Both the position numbers and the translations under genes were made by a program. This document shows, piece after piece, positions 30,738-42,008 of a stretch of 64,000 nucleotides of DNA. Origin of the DNA: Methylobacteriaceae bacterium (GTDB taxonomy: Bacteria > Pseudomonadota > Alphaproteobacteria > Rhizobiales > Beijerinckiaceae); contig CANEZL010000007.1 of NCBI GenBank assembly GCA_947444195.1, positions 4,235 through 68,234 on the forward strand, in the 5' to 3' direction. The notes beneath the pieces are model-generated. The model was given only the letters and a program-made list of their open reading frames with translations, made no database searches and was not told the origin of the DNA. How positions within the stretch are numbered: position 1 is the first letter of the stretch; each line of letters opens with the position of its first letter.

Positions 30738-31490
30738 ATGACCTACTGCGTCGGTGTTCTCGTCGAGGAAGGCCTCGTCATGGTGGCCGACACCCGCACC
30801 AATGCGGGGCTCGACGACATCTCCACCTACCGCAAGCTGCACCACTTCAACGTGCCGGGGGAGCGGGTGATGATGCTGGCCTCGGCCGGCAACCTCTCCG
30901 TGACCCAGTCGGTGCTGAGCCTGCTCACGGAGGGCGTGCCGGGCGAGGAGGGCGAGCCGGCCCAGCGGCTGATCGAGGCGCCGACCATGTTCCAGGCGGC
31001 CCAGCTCATCGGCCGCGCGATCCGCCGGGTGCGCGCCATCGAGCGGGCCGGCTTCGACGCGGCCCAGATCCGCTTCTCGATCTCGCTGCTGTTCGGCGGC
31101 CAGATCGGCGACGAGCCCATGCGGCTGTACCTGATCTACTCGGCCGGGAACTTCATCGAGTGCTCCACCGACGCGCCCTTCCTGCAGATCGGCGAGCACA
31201 AATACGGCAAGCCGATCCTCGACCGGGCGGTGCGGTTCGAGACCGACCTCTACGACGCCCTCAAGATCGGCCTCGTCTCGATGGACTCGACCATGCGCTC
31301 GAATCTCGGCGTCGGCCTGCCCATCGACATCGCCGTCGTCCGCCGCAACGCCCTCAATCTCGAGGTGAACCACCGGATCGAGGCCGGCGAGAGCTATTTC
31401 CACGACCTGCGCGAGCGCTGGTCCGCCGCGCTCCGTGCCGCTCACCGCGCCATCCCGCGCCCGCCCTACGGGCCGGCACAGAAATCGTAG
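30738..31490 (+). CDS. Anbu-type proteasome-like Ntn peptidase
   Basis: MTYCVG (Thr1 nucleophile after Met removal), ADTRTNAGLDDISTYRKL, GNFIE, QIGEHKYGKPILDR, STMRSNLGVGLPID. Confidence 0.9.
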   Translation: MTYCVGVLVEEGLVMVADTRTNAGLDDISTYRKLHHFNVPGERVMMLASAGNLSVTQSVLSLLTEGVPGEEGEPAQRLIEAPTMFQAAQLIGRAIRRVRAIERAGFDAAQIRFSISLLFGGQIGDEPMRLYLIYSAGNFIECSTDAPFLQIGEHKYGKPILDRAVRFETDLYDALKIGLVSMDSTMRSNLGVGLPIDIAVVRRNALNLEVNHRIEAGESYFHDLRERWSAALRAAHRAIPRPPYGPAQKS

Positions 31491-31518
31491 GTCTCTCCGG
31501 CGGACGGCCGGGCGACGG

Positions 31519-33282
31519 TCAGGCCGGCATCGGCTCGGCCTCGCCGTGCGCGGTGATCGAGCGCGTGTAGTCCGCCCAGAGCGCCGCGTAGACCGGCACG
31601 TCGCGCAGGAGCTCTTCGTGGCAGCCGCTGCCGAGGAGGCGGCCCTCGTCGAGGACGAGGATCCGGTCGGCGTGGCGCGCGGCCGCGAGGTGATGCGTCA
31701 CGAGGATCAGGAGCCGGTCGCGCCCCCAGGCCGCGAGCTTGCGCTCCAGCGCCAGAGCGGCCTCCGGATCGAGGAAGGCGGTCGGCTCGTCCAGGATCGC
31801 GATGGCGGGGTCGCGAAGCACCGCGCGGGCGACCGAGAGGCGCTGGCGCTGGCCGCCGGAGAGGGCGCGACCGCTCTCGCCGAGATCCGTCTCGGAGCCC
31901 TCCGGCAATCCCTCGACGAAATCGAGGGCCTCCGCGAAGCGGAGGGCCGCGCGGACGCCGTCCGGATCCTGCCGCAGGCCGGCGAGGTTGTCGCGCACAC
32001 TGCCGGAGAACAGCACGGTGTCCTGATCCACGGTGCCGATCCGGCCCCGCAGCCAGCGCGGATCGTAGTCCTTGAGATCGGCTCCGCCGAGGGTGACGCG
32101 GCCCGCATAATCCCGCTGGAGTCCGAGCAGGATGCGCAGCAGCGTCGATTTGCCCGAGCCGTTGCGCCCGACGATCGCCACGAGTCCGCGTTCGGGAAAC
32201 GTCGCATCGACCTCCCGCAGGGCGGGCCGCATCGCGCCCGGATAGGTGAGCGAGACCCCCTCGAACCGGATCCCGCCCGGCGCGATGCGGCGCAGGGGCG
32301 GTCGGCGGTCCGCCCGCTCGCGCGGCAGCGCCAGGAAACCGCCGATCTGCCGGATGGCGACGTTCACCTCCTGGGTGAGCCGCAGGATGTCGGCGCTGCC
32401 GAGGAGCGGCCCGGTGATCCGGACGGCGACGACCTGGATCGCCAGGAACTCGCCGACGGTGAGATGGCCGCCATACATCCGCCAGCAACCGACGCCGATG
32501 ACGAGCAGCGTCATGCCGCGCGAGACCGCCTGCGAGCGCAGGCCGTAGCGCCGCTGGAGGTCCATGACCGCGCGCAATTCGGCCAGCATGCCGTCGGTCA
32601 CGGCGTTCCAGCGCCGGGTCCGCGGCGCCTCCAAGGCGAGCGCCCGCACGGTGGCGAGCCCGGCCACGGTCTCGGCCAGCGCCCCTTCGCGGGCCGCGAT
32701 CGCCTTGTAATAGGCCTCCGCCGACTTCCAGATGCCGCTGATCTGGTTGCTGGCGACCAGCACGATCACCGGCGCCGACACGATCAGGGCGGCACCGACC
32801 GCGATGTCGTAGTAGAGGACGAGCCCCAAAGCCACGAGGGCGCCGCCCGCATCGATCACGCTGTGCGGCAGCTGGTGCAGGACGAAGTCGCGGACCTTTC
32901 CGATCTGCTTGAAATGGTTCAGCACCTCACCCGTCCGGAAGGCCGCGCCGTCGATCCGCACCCGCATGAGATGCGCGAAGGCGAGCCGCGAGACCCTCCG
33001 GTCGAGGAAGGCGCCGAGGTCGATGACGAGGCTCTGCCGGTAGGAGGACAGCGCGACCTCCGCGACGATGAAGGCGACCGCGAGCACGGCGAGACCGAGG
33101 AGCGGCAGGTCGGCCCGGCCAGCCACGATGGCGTCGACGATGCGCTGGGTCGCGACCGGGAAGACGAGGGCGGCACCGTACCCGGCGGCGATCGCCAGCA
33201 GCAGGCGGACGAGCCGGTCCTGCCGCAGGCGCAGGGTGCGCCCGATCCAGCGCCAGCCGAAGGATGAACCGGCGGTTCCCAT
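31519..33282 (-). CDS. ABC exporter (TMD+NBD), HlyB/peptidase-ABC-like but lacking a C39 domain
   Basis: TM region with QRIVDAIV, Walker A GRNGSGKST, LSGGQRQRL, LDEPTAFLD. Confidence 0.85.
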   Translation of the reverse strand: MGTAGSSFGWRWIGRTLRLRQDRLVRLLLAIAAGYGAALVFPVATQRIVDAIVAGRADLPLLGLAVLAVAFIVAEVALSSYRQSLVIDLGAFLDRRVSRLAFAHLMRVRIDGAAFRTGEVLNHFKQIGKVRDFVLHQLPHSVIDAGGALVALGLVLYYDIAVGAALIVSAPVIVLVASNQISGIWKSAEAYYKAIAAREGALAETVAGLATVRALALEAPRTRRWNAVTDGMLAELRAVMDLQRRYGLRSQAVSRGMTLLVIGVGCWRMYGGHLTVGEFLAIQVVAVRITGPLLGSADILRLTQEVNVAIRQIGGFLALPRERADRRPPLRRIAPGGIRFEGVSLTYPGAMRPALREVDATFPERGLVAIVGRNGSGKSTLLRILLGLQRDYAGRVTLGGADLKDYDPRWLRGRIGTVDQDTVLFSGSVRDNLAGLRQDPDGVRAALRFAEALDFVEGLPEGSETDLGESGRALSGGQRQRLSVARAVLRDPAIAILDEPTAFLDPEAALALERKLAAWGRDRLLILVTHHLAAARHADRILVLDEGRLLGSGCHEELLRDVPVYAALWADYTRSITAHGEAEPMPA

Positions 33283-33426
33283 GCGTCGAACCCCTCGAAT
33301 CGTGGGGGCGCATAGAGGCACGGTTCGGCCGGAGGGGCGACCGCATCCCGTGCGGGGCGGACCCGACTACCCCGTGTTCCGGTGCCGCGTTAGGCTGCCC
33401 GCGTCGCGAGACAGCGGGCGGACACC

Positions 33427-33945
33427 ATGCGGCGCCTCCTCAAATTCCTCCACACGATGGGGGCGATCGGGCTCATGGGAGCGATGGCCTCGCTCCTCGT
33501 GCTGCTGAGCCTCGTGCCCCCACCCGGCGAGCTTGCCGGCTACGCGCTGATCCGCGGCGCGATGGGTGCCATCGCGACCTGTGTCTTTCTTCCCGCCCTC
33601 GCGCTGACGCTCCTCGCGGGCCTCCTGGCCATCGCCTTCAACCGCGCCTTCCACAATGCGGGCTGGGCGCTCCTCAAGCTCGCCACCGGCATCCTGGTCT
33701 TCGAGGGCGGGTTCGTCGGCGTTCAGGGACCCATGCAGGAGGAGGCCAATCGAAGCGCCGCCGCGCTGGCGGGGCAGGTCGATCCGGCGACGCTGGCGCA
33801 GTCCCTCGGACCGGAGCGGGGCACTCTCTGGGTCCTGCTCGCGGTGGCGACCCTCAACGTCGTGCTGGGCGTCTGGCGGCCCCGCCTCATCCGGCGTCGC
33901 GCCACGCCCGCAGCAGGCGGCGCGTCTCCGCGGCGGGATCCGTGA
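33427..33945 (+). CDS. DUF2269-like integral membrane protein
   Basis: KFLHTMGAIGLMG, GWALLKL, VLGVWRPR; four hydrophobic segments. Confidence 0.7.
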   Translation: MRRLLKFLHTMGAIGLMGAMASLLVLLSLVPPPGELAGYALIRGAMGAIATCVFLPALALTLLAGLLAIAFNRAFHNAGWALLKLATGILVFEGGFVGVQGPMQEEANRSAAALAGQVDPATLAQSLGPERGTLWVLLAVATLNVVLGVWRPRLIRRRATPAAGGASPRRDP

Positions 33946-34522
33946 CCTGCATCAGGCCGCCCATCACCGCGACGGCCGCCGCCCCCGCCGCGCGGCAGGG
34001 GCCCAGCGTCTCGGCCGTGACGCCGCCGAGGGCCACGACGGGCAGGCCGGTGGCGGCGGCCGCGGCGATGGCCTCGGTGCCCAGTGCCGGCCCGTAACCG
34101 GGCTTGCTCGCAGTGGGGAAGATCGGGCTCAGCGTGGCGTAGTCGGCGCCCCTGCGCGCAACCGCTTCCACCTCGGCCACGGAATGGGCCGAGACGCCGA
34201 CGAGGGCGCGCGCGCCCAGCCGCGCGCGCGCCTCGGCGATCAGGGCCGCCTGCCCGCCGCCGAGATGCACGCCGTCCGCGCCGAGATCGGCGGCGAGCGC
34301 GATGTCGCCCCCGACGACGAGGGTGCCGCCCTCGGCCCAGACGCGCTCGGCGAGGGCCTCGCCCAGACGCCGGCGCGCCGTCGCCGAGAGGTCCTTGTCG
34401 CGCAGCCAGACCCAGTCCCCGCCGCCGGCGAGGAAGGCCTCCACGCCTTCCACGACGGGCCGCGGGCTGCCCTGCCGGTCCGCCACCAGCAGGAGAGAAC
34501 CGGGCAACCTACGAGCCGGCAA
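33887..34522 (-). CDS. thiE: Thiamine phosphate synthase (ThiE/TenI fold)
   Basis: VWLRDKDL, ADGVHL, VGVSAHS, SPIFPTASKPGYGP, VALGGV. TTG start at 34522 or 34507. Confidence 0.85.
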   Translation of the reverse strand: MPARRLPGSLLLVADRQGSPRPVVEGVEAFLAGGGDWVWLRDKDLSATARRRLGEALAERVWAEGGTLVVGGDIALAADLGADGVHLGGGQAALIAEARARLGARALVGVSAHSVAEVEAVARRGADYATLSPIFPTASKPGYGPALGTEAIAAAAATGLPVVALGGVTAETLGPCRAAGAAAVAVMGGLMQVTDPAAETRRLLRAWRDAG

Positions 34523-34532
34523 CCTACGAGCC
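34503..34532. repeat. Perfect 15-bp tandem duplication GGCAACCTACGAGCC spanning the thiG stop and thiE start
   Basis: Copies at 34503-34517 and 34518-34532. Confidence 0.9.
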
Positions 34533-35330
34533 GACGAGGCCGAGCTGCGGGCTGGAGGGCTCCGCCCGGCCCCGGCGCGGGATCCGGCCCGCGAGATGCG
34601 CGTCGCGGCCCGCCTGCACGGCGCGGCCCATGGCGCGCCCCATCCGCACCGGGTCGTCCGCCTTGGCGACCGCGGTGTTGACGAGGCAGGCGCTCGCCCC
34701 GAGCTCCATGGCGATCACCGCGTCGGAGGCGGTGCCGATGCCGGCATCCACCACCACCGGCACCCTGGCCCGGCGGCAGATGAGTTCGAGGTTGGCGGGA
34801 TTGGCGATGCCCATGCCGGAGCCGATCAGCGAGCCCATCGGCATCACCGCGGCGCAGCCGATATCCTCCAGGCGCTGGCAGACGATGGGGTCGTCGTTGC
34901 AGTAGGGCAGCACCACGAAGCCGTCGTCCACCAGATGCCGGCAGGCCTCCAGGAGTTCGGTGACGTCGGGATAGAGCGTCTCGCGGTCGCCGATGACCTC
35001 GACCTTGATCCAGTTGGTGTCCAGCGCCTCGCGGGCGAGTTCGGCGGTCACGATCGCGTCGCGGGCGGTCTCGCAGCCGGCGGTGTTCGGCAGGAAGCGC
35101 TTGCCCTTGAGGATGCGCACGGTGTCGGAGCCGTGCCCCTGGAGCGAGACGCGGCGGATCGAGGCAGTCACCACCTCGGCGCCGCTCGCCTGCACCGACT
35201 CGCGCAGGATCGCCTGGTTCGGGTAGCCCGCCGTGCCGATGAACAGGCGCGAGGCGAGAGGCACCCCCGCGATGACGAGGGCGTCCTCGGGCTCCCCCCG
35301 CAGCGGGGTGACGGTGGTGGGGTCGCTCAT
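34524..35330 (-). CDS. thiG: Thiazole synthase
   Basis: [53 protein letters not shown]. Confidence 0.96.
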   Translation of the reverse strand: MSDPTTVTPLRGEPEDALVIAGVPLASRLFIGTAGYPNQAILRESVQASGAEVVTASIRRVSLQGHGSDTVRILKGKRFLPNTAGCETARDAIVTAELAREALDTNWIKVEVIGDRETLYPDVTELLEACRHLVDDGFVVLPYCNDDPIVCQRLEDIGCAAVMPMGSLIGSGMGIANPANLELICRRARVPVVVDAGIGTASDAVIAMELGASACLVNTAVAKADDPVRMGRAMGRAVQAGRDAHLAGRIPRRGRAEPSSPQLGLVGS

Positions 35331-35333
35331 GGG

Positions 35334-35546
35334 CTAGCCTCCCTGCATGGCGCGGACGATCTCGACGCGATCGCCCTCGTTGACGGGTGTCGAGGCCCAG
35401 TCGCGGCGGCGCACGACGCGGCCGTTGAGGGCGATGGCGATGCCCTCCGGGCTCTCGATGCCGGTCTCCTCGGCCTCCGCCTGGAACAGGCCCTCGACGG
35501 TGGCGGCGGCGCAGATCCGCGCCTCGCCGTTGATCGTGAGGTTCAT
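35334..35546 (-). CDS. thiS: Sulfur carrier protein ThiS
   Basis: MNLTING...AIALNGRVVRR..W...L/V.EGDRVEIVRAMQGG (C-terminal GG). Confidence 0.95.
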   Translation of the reverse strand: MNLTINGEARICAAATVEGLFQAEAEETGIESPEGIAIALNGRVVRRRDWASTPVNEGDRVEIVRAMQGG

Positions 35547-36766
35547 GCGGAGGCTCGCGCGTCGCGCCGGAAGCGCGCCAGGGTGAAGGGACGGGCAACG
35601 TCCGGCAGGGCGCCGCCGGCCACGAGATCGGCCACGGCGTCGGCCGTCACCGGCGCCAGCAGGTAGCCGTTGCGGTGGTGGCCGGTGGCGGCCACGAGGC
35701 CCGGGGCCAGGGTGTCGATGATCGGCGCGTCGTCGTCGGAGGTCGGGCGGTAGCCGCTCCAGACGGCCTCCACCGCCATCTCCTCGATACCGGGCATGAC
35801 CCGGCGCGCCCCTTCCAGCAGCGCGTAGAGGCCGCCCGCGGTGACGCCGGGCTGGAAGCCGCAATCCTCCACCGTCGCCCCGACGATGAGGTGGCCGTCG
35901 CCCTTGGGCGCCATGTGCACCTGCTCCGTCCAGACCATGCCGGAGAGCGTGCCGGTCCGGCGCGTGGTGCGCAGGGCCAGGGACTGGCCCTTCAGCGGGC
36001 GCACGGGCAGGCTGAGATGATCGGGCAGGAGCCCGCTCTCGCCGCTCCAGGCGCCGCTCGCCAGGATCACGGTGCCGGCCGCGATCGTGCCCTGCTCCGT
36101 GTGCAGGCCCGTGACCCGGCCGCCCGTCCAGTCGAGGCCGGTGGCGGCGCAGGATTCGACGATCGTCACCCCGGCCGCGCGGCAGGCGGCGGCGAGGGCG
36201 CCCATCACGCGGCGCGGATCCACCTGATGGTCGAGGGGGCAGTGCACGCCCGCCGCGATGGAGGGGCGCAGGCACGGCTCGCGGCGGCGCACCTCCGGAC
36301 CGGCGAGCCACGCGGCGGCGACGCCCGAGCGGCGCTGCAACTCGTAGCGGAAGCGCAGCCGCTCGACCTCGTCGCGGCCGATGGCGAGCACAAGGGTGCC
36401 GTCCGTGCGGTAATCGATATCGTGGCCGGAGGCCGCCTGGAGATCGTCGCGAAAGCCCGGCCAGCGGGCGAGCGATTCGAGGGCGAGGGGCAGGAGCATG
36501 TCCGAGCCCGGCTCGTGCTCGGCGGCGGGCGCCAGCATGCCGGTGGCGGCGAGGCTCGCCCCCGCGCCCAGGGTCTCGCGCTCGAGCACGGTCACCGCGA
36601 GGCCGGCCCGCTGCGCGAGGCGCCAGGCGGTGGCGAGGCCGATCAGCCCGCCGCCGACGACGACGGCATCCGCGCGGCCGGGAAGCGCCCCGGCAGGGCC
36701 GGCCTCGGCGAGACCGCGGCGTTGTCCGATGGGGGAAGGCGCAAAAGGCGGCGCGCTCTGTGCCAC
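35543..36766 (-). CDS. thiO: Glycine oxidase ThiO
   Basis: VVGGGLIGL, ASLAATGMLAP, VRPLKGQ, IVGATVE, ATGHHRNGYLLAP; thi operon context. Confidence 0.93.
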   Translation of the reverse strand: MAQSAPPFAPSPIGQRRGLAEAGPAGALPGRADAVVVGGGLIGLATAWRLAQRAGLAVTVLERETLGAGASLAATGMLAPAAEHEPGSDMLLPLALESLARWPGFRDDLQAASGHDIDYRTDGTLVLAIGRDEVERLRFRYELQRRSGVAAAWLAGPEVRRREPCLRPSIAAGVHCPLDHQVDPRRVMGALAAACRAAGVTIVESCAATGLDWTGGRVTGLHTEQGTIAAGTVILASGAWSGESGLLPDHLSLPVRPLKGQSLALRTTRRTGTLSGMVWTEQVHMAPKGDGHLIVGATVEDCGFQPGVTAGGLYALLEGARRVMPGIEEMAVEAVWSGYRPTSDDDAPIIDTLAPGLVAATGHHRNGYLLAPVTADAVADLVAGGALPDVARPFTLARFRRDARASA

Positions 36767-36853
36767 GTTGCAGGATCTCCGCGTCTCTATCGCAGGGATC
36801 GGTGGCCTCGCCGCTTCCTTCGAGAAGCTGTGGCTCCGTCGCGGAGCCCACGG

Positions 36854-36966
36854 TCCAATCCCTACGCCGGTGTGAACCGGATCAGGTTCGAAGGATTTCC
36901 GCGCCGCAGGCCCATCACGGGCGTGCCAGCGGTTTCTCAGCCCCTTGCCGGGGATCTCCCTGGAAC
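36854..36966 (-). ncRNA. TPP riboswitch
   Basis: Minus strand reads CCCC-GGCAA-GGGG-CTGAGA ... CCTTCGAACCTGATCCGGTTCACACCGGCGTAGGGA, directly upstream of thiO. Confidence 0.93.
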
Positions 36967-37064
36967 AGGCGAGATGTGGACCCGGCCGCGCGGCAGGTCA
37001 AGGGCGTCGGCGGCAGCAGGGGCCCCGGACCGGGGCCGATGTCACGGGGCCTGCCGCCGTCCCG

Positions 37065-37835
37065 TCAGCTCTTCAGCCGGTAGCCGGTGCGGAAGATGTA
37101 GGCGACGAGCCCGAGGCAGATCGCCAGGAACAGCAGCGTCATGGCCAGGCTGACGCCGATGCCGACGTCGGCCTGTCCGAAGAAGGCCCAGCGGAAGCCG
37201 CTGACCAGATAGACGACCGGGTTGAGCAGGCTCACCGTGTGCCAGAAGGGCGGCAGCATCTCGATGGCGTAGAAGCTGCCGCCGAGGAAGGTGAGCGGGG
37301 TGATGATGAGCAGCGGCACCAGTTGCAGCTTCTCGAACCCGTCCGCCCACAGGCCGATGACGAAGCCGAACAGGCTGAAGGTGACGGCGGTGAGCACGAG
37401 GAACACCACCATCCAGACCGGATGGTCGATGCGAAGCGGCACGAACAGGGCGGCGGTGGCCAGGATGATCAGGCCGATCAGGATCGATTTCGAGGCCGCC
37501 GCGCCCACGAAGCCGAGCACCACCTCCACCGGCGAGACGGGGGCGGAGAGGATCTCGTAGATCGTGCCGGCAAAGCGCGGGAAGTAGATGCCGAAGGAGG
37601 CGTTGGTGATGCTCTGCGTCAGGAGCGAGAGCATCATCAGGCCGGGCACGATGAACAAGCCGTAGGGCACCCCGTCGACCACGTTCATCCGCGAGCCGAT
37701 CGCGGCGCCGAACACCACGAAGTAGAGGGTCGTCGAGATCACCGGCGCAAGGATGCTCTGCGTCGCCGTGCGCAGGAAGCGGCTCATCTCGAACACGTAG
37801 ATCGCCCGCACGGCGGGCCAGTTCATCCCGGTCAT
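37065..37835 (-). CDS. ABC-2 type transporter permease (YadH-like)
   Basis: [62 protein letters not shown]. Confidence 0.92.
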   Translation of the reverse strand: MTGMNWPAVRAIYVFEMSRFLRTATQSILAPVISTTLYFVVFGAAIGSRMNVVDGVPYGLFIVPGLMMLSLLTQSITNASFGIYFPRFAGTIYEILSAPVSPVEVVLGFVGAAASKSILIGLIILATAALFVPLRIDHPVWMVVFLVLTAVTFSLFGFVIGLWADGFEKLQLVPLLIITPLTFLGGSFYAIEMLPPFWHTVSLLNPVVYLVSGFRWAFFGQADVGIGVSLAMTLLFLAICLGLVAYIFRTGYRLKS

Positions 37836-37903
37836 GTCCACTCCGTGCGGAAGAGGCCCCGGCCCGAGGTATCCGCGGTTCAATCTGTGCGCTGGTCGGG
37901 TTC

Positions 37904-38830
<927 letters not shown>

Positions 38831-39045
38831 CGGGGGCTTGCGTGCGGCGGGCCGGCGCCGGGCCTATAGCACCGGGCGCACGGCAACCGAAGGACGAAGC
38901 GGGACGGGGAGGGGGCCGGCGGGGCGCGGGCGCCACGCGCGGTGCCAAATGGCACTTCGGGACCCCCGAAGGCATGCCCGAGAACGCGAAGAGCCGCCCG
39001 GGGGCGGCTCCGCTGGTCGGCGGCTGCTCGGTCGCGCGCGGGCGA

Positions 39046-39534
39046 TCAGGCCCGGAGACGGGTCCGGACCTCGCCGAGGCTCGCGCGCAGGAGGCCCTGG
39101 GCGGCCTCGCCCTGCATGCGCTCGCGCAGGATGGTCTCGGACACCTTGACGGCGGCGTCGGCCGCGGCGGCGCGGACCTTGGCCTCGGCCTGCGTCTCGG
39201 CCTGGGCGATCTTCGTCTCGGCCGCCTTGGTGCGGCGGGCGACGAAGTCGTTCAGGCGCTGGTGACCCTCGTCGGCGATGCGCTGGGCCTCCTCGCGGGC
39301 CCCGGCCACGATGGCCTCGGCCTCCTTCTCGGCCTCGGCGCGGCGGCGCTTGTAGTCGGCCAGCACGGCGGCGGCCTCCTCGCGCAGGCGCTTGGCCTCG
39401 TCGAGCTCGTGGCGCACGCGCTTGGCGCGGCCGTCGAGGCCCTTGGTCATCATGCTGAAGGCGCCGGCCTTCCCGGCGAGCGCCAGGAAGATGACGAAGG
39501 CGGTGGCGACCCAGAATTCCGCTGTGAGCAACAT
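39046..39534 (-). CDS. atpF: F0F1 ATP synthase subunit b
   Basis: [11 protein letters not shown] anchor followed by a coiled coil; operon position. Confidence 0.9.
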   Translation of the reverse strand: MLLTAEFWVATAFVIFLALAGKAGAFSMMTKGLDGRAKRVRHELDEAKRLREEAAAVLADYKRRRAEAEKEAEAIVAGAREEAQRIADEGHQRLNDFVARRTKAAETKIAQAETQAEAKVRAAAADAAVKVSETILRERMQGEAAQGLLRASLGEVRTRLRA

Positions 39535-39550
39535 GTGTCCCTGTCCCGTC

Positions 39551-40132
39551 TCAGTGCGCCGTCGCGGTCCGGTCGAGGGCGCGGTCGAGGCTCGCCTGGT
39601 CCGGCGCCTTGCCGGTGAGGCGCTCCACGATCGCGGCGGCCGTCTCGCCCGCGATGGCGCGGACGTTGCCCATGGCCTGCTCGGTGCGGTCGCGCAGGGT
39701 CGCCTCGGAGGCGGCGAGCTTGGCGTTCAGCTCGGCCTCGAGGGACTTGCGCTTGGCCTCCGCCTCGGCGGTGAGCTGGTTGCGCGTGGTCTGCGCGATC
39801 TCGCGGGCGGAGGCCTGGGCGTCCCGCAGGGACTTCTCGTAGGCCGCGCCCGCCGCGTCGGCCTCGGCCTTCATGCGCTGCGCCTCGTCGAGGTCGCTCG
39901 CGAGCCGGCTGGCGCGGTCGTGCAGGATGCCCTGGATGCGCGGCAGGGCGACCTTGGACATCAGGTAGTAGAGCAGGCCGAAGGCCAGGGCGAGCCAGAC
40001 GAGCTGGGCCAGGAAGGTGTGGCTCTCGAAGGGCGGGAAGGCGTGCTTCTCGGCCGGGTGCAGGATCTCGCCCTTACCCGCGTAGACGTCGGTTCCGGGC
40101 GGCGGGGTGGTGAGGATGTTCTGCTGCGCCAT
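39551..40132 (-). CDS. F0F1 ATP synthase subunit b'
   Basis: [30 protein letters not shown]. Confidence 0.9.
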   Translation of the reverse strand: MAQQNILTTPPPGTDVYAGKGEILHPAEKHAFPPFESHTFLAQLVWLALAFGLLYYLMSKVALPRIQGILHDRASRLASDLDEAQRMKAEADAAGAAYEKSLRDAQASAREIAQTTRNQLTAEAEAKRKSLEAELNAKLAASEATLRDRTEQAMGNVRAIAGETAAAIVERLTGKAPDQASLDRALDRTATAH

Positions 40133-40301
40133 GATCCCGTCCGTGCGGTACCCTGAACTCTGGATTCGGGCGCCGTCCGCGTCGTGCGGGGCGCCCGGAG
40201 CGTCTCGCGGAACGCCCGCGGCGCGGACGTTTCAGAAGAGGCTCGCGGGTGCTGGAGCGCCGCCGCGGCCGGGGGGCCGCGGCGACGGAGCGTCGTTCGC
40301 C

Positions 40302-40529
40302 TCAGACGGCGAAGAGCAGGAGCAGCGCGACGAGCAGCGAGAAGATGCCGAGCGCCTCGGTGAGCGCGAAGCCCAGGAGCAGGTTGGTGCGCTGGCTGTC
40401 GGCGGCCGAGGGGTTGCGAAGCGCGCCGGCGTAGAACTGGCCGAACAGGTTGCCGAGGCCGATGCCCGCGCCCGCCATGCCGAGGCAGGCGAGACCGGCG
40501 CCGATGTACTTCGCAGCGACGGGATCCAT
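40302..40529 (-). CDS. atpE: F0F1 ATP synthase subunit c
   Basis: [26 protein letters not shown]. Confidence 0.97.
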   Translation of the reverse strand: MDPVAAKYIGAGLACLGMAGAGIGLGNLFGQFYAGALRNPSAADSQRTNLLLGFALTEALGIFSLLVALLLLFAV

Positions 40530-40592
40530 GGTAAACTCCTGACGTTTCGAACGATTTATTCGTTGCAGCGGAGGGAGGCCGGCCGAGGGGTC

Positions 40593-41348
40593 TCAGTGGC
40601 CGGGGTGAAGCGCGTCGGCGAGGTAGACCGCCGTGAGCGTCGCGAAGACGTAGGCCTGCAGGGCCGCCACCAGGAATTCCAGTGCGGTCAGCGCGATCGT
40701 GAGGAAGAGGGGCAGCGGCGCGAGCACGCTCCAGGCGCCGGCGAGCAGGAGCTGCGCGACGAAGAAGGCGAAGATCTTGAGCGCGATGTGGCCGGCCAGG
40801 ATGTTGGCGAACAGACGCACCGAGAGGCTGATCGGCCGCGAGATGAAGGACACGATCTCGATCGGCACCATGATGAGCAGCAGGGGCTTGGGCACGCCCG
40901 CCGGGATGAACAGGCCGAGGAAGTGGCTGCCGTGCTTCATCACGCCGTAGACCACCACCGTGGAGATCACCAGGAAGGCGAGGCCGAAGGTGATGATCAG
41001 GTGGCTGGTGACGGCGAAGGCGTAGGGGATCATCCCGAACATGTTCAGCACGAGCACGAACATGAACAGCGAGAACACCAGCGGCAGGAAGCGCTGCTCC
41101 TTGTCGCCCGTGGCCTGATGCACCGTGTCGGCGATGAATTCGTAGAAGATCTCGGCCAGCGCCTGCATCCGGCCCGGGACGACCGAGCGGCCGGCGGTGC
41201 CGACGATGGTGATGAGGGCGATGACGCCCACCGCGGCGAACATGTAGAGCGCCGACTGCGTGAAGGCGATCTGCTGGTTGCCGATATGGCCCAGCGAGAC
41301 GAGCGGCTGCAGCTCGAACTGATGGATCGGGTCGATGCTGGCCGCCAT
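40593..41348 (-). CDS. atpB: F0F1 ATP synthase subunit a
   Basis: IDPIHQF, RPISLSVRLFANILAGH, LQAYVF. Confidence 0.97.
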   Translation of the reverse strand: MAASIDPIHQFELQPLVSLGHIGNQQIAFTQSALYMFAAVGVIALITIVGTAGRSVVPGRMQALAEIFYEFIADTVHQATGDKEQRFLPLVFSLFMFVLVLNMFGMIPYAFAVTSHLIITFGLAFLVISTVVVYGVMKHGSHFLGLFIPAGVPKPLLLIMVPIEIVSFISRPISLSVRLFANILAGHIALKIFAFFVAQLLLAGAWSVLAPLPLFLTIALTALEFLVAALQAYVFATLTAVYLADALHPGH

Positions 41349-41427
41349 GCTACGCTTCTGCTCCCACCATGACCCGGGCCGCCTCGTTGGCCGGCCCCGC
41401 GCCGCTAACCCGAATAGCTACCGACCC

Positions 41428-41796
41428 TCAAGGGTCCTTCCGGTTTTTTGCTCCGGAGAACCCGGACAGGCGCAAGATGTTGTAGACGCCCGTCACGAAG
41501 CCCAACATCAGGAACACGATCATCCCCCAGGGCTTCGTCCCGAGGAAATGGTCGAAGGTCCATCCGAGGATCGCACCCGCGATGACGCCGGCGATGAACT
41601 CCGTGGAGAGCGTCATCGCCTGCCCGAGGGAGGATTGTGCACCGGACGATCCCGGACGCGGCGAAGGATCGGGAGCAGCGGGAGGCCGCTTCCGGTCGAT
41701 CTGCGTCTCGAGACGTCTGAGCCTCGCGGAGAGTTCGCTGTCCGTGGCCATCGCCCGGTTTCCCTGGTTCTCGTCCTGTCGGTCGTTGCCGTTCAA
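41428..41796 (-). CDS. atpI: AtpZ/AtpI family protein
   Basis: LSTEFIAGVIAG..LGW..D..LGTKPWGMIVF..LGF..G..N; TTG at 41796 with a GGAGG RBS. Confidence 0.85.
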   Translation of the reverse strand: MNGNDRQDENQGNRAMATDSELSARLRRLETQIDRKRPPAAPDPSPRPGSSGAQSSLGQAMTLSTEFIAGVIAGAILGWTFDHFLGTKPWGMIVFLMLGFVTGVYNILRLSGFSGAKNRKDP

Positions 41797-42008
41797 GGCT
41801 ACGGCCTCCCGTTCGCGAGAGCATGGAAACCTTGGCTTGCCCCCTTCAAGCGCGGCGCACCATAGTTTCGCCCCCATGGCGTGTCAAGGCATCGTGAAGA
41901 GCGGGCAAAGCCTTGATTTCATTCGGATTTCCCCGCTGTCAAGCTCTCTCCCGCCAGCTTTCCGGTATGCCAGCGGGAAATGCCGCGGCGGCCGTTCCCG
42001 GCGCGCCC

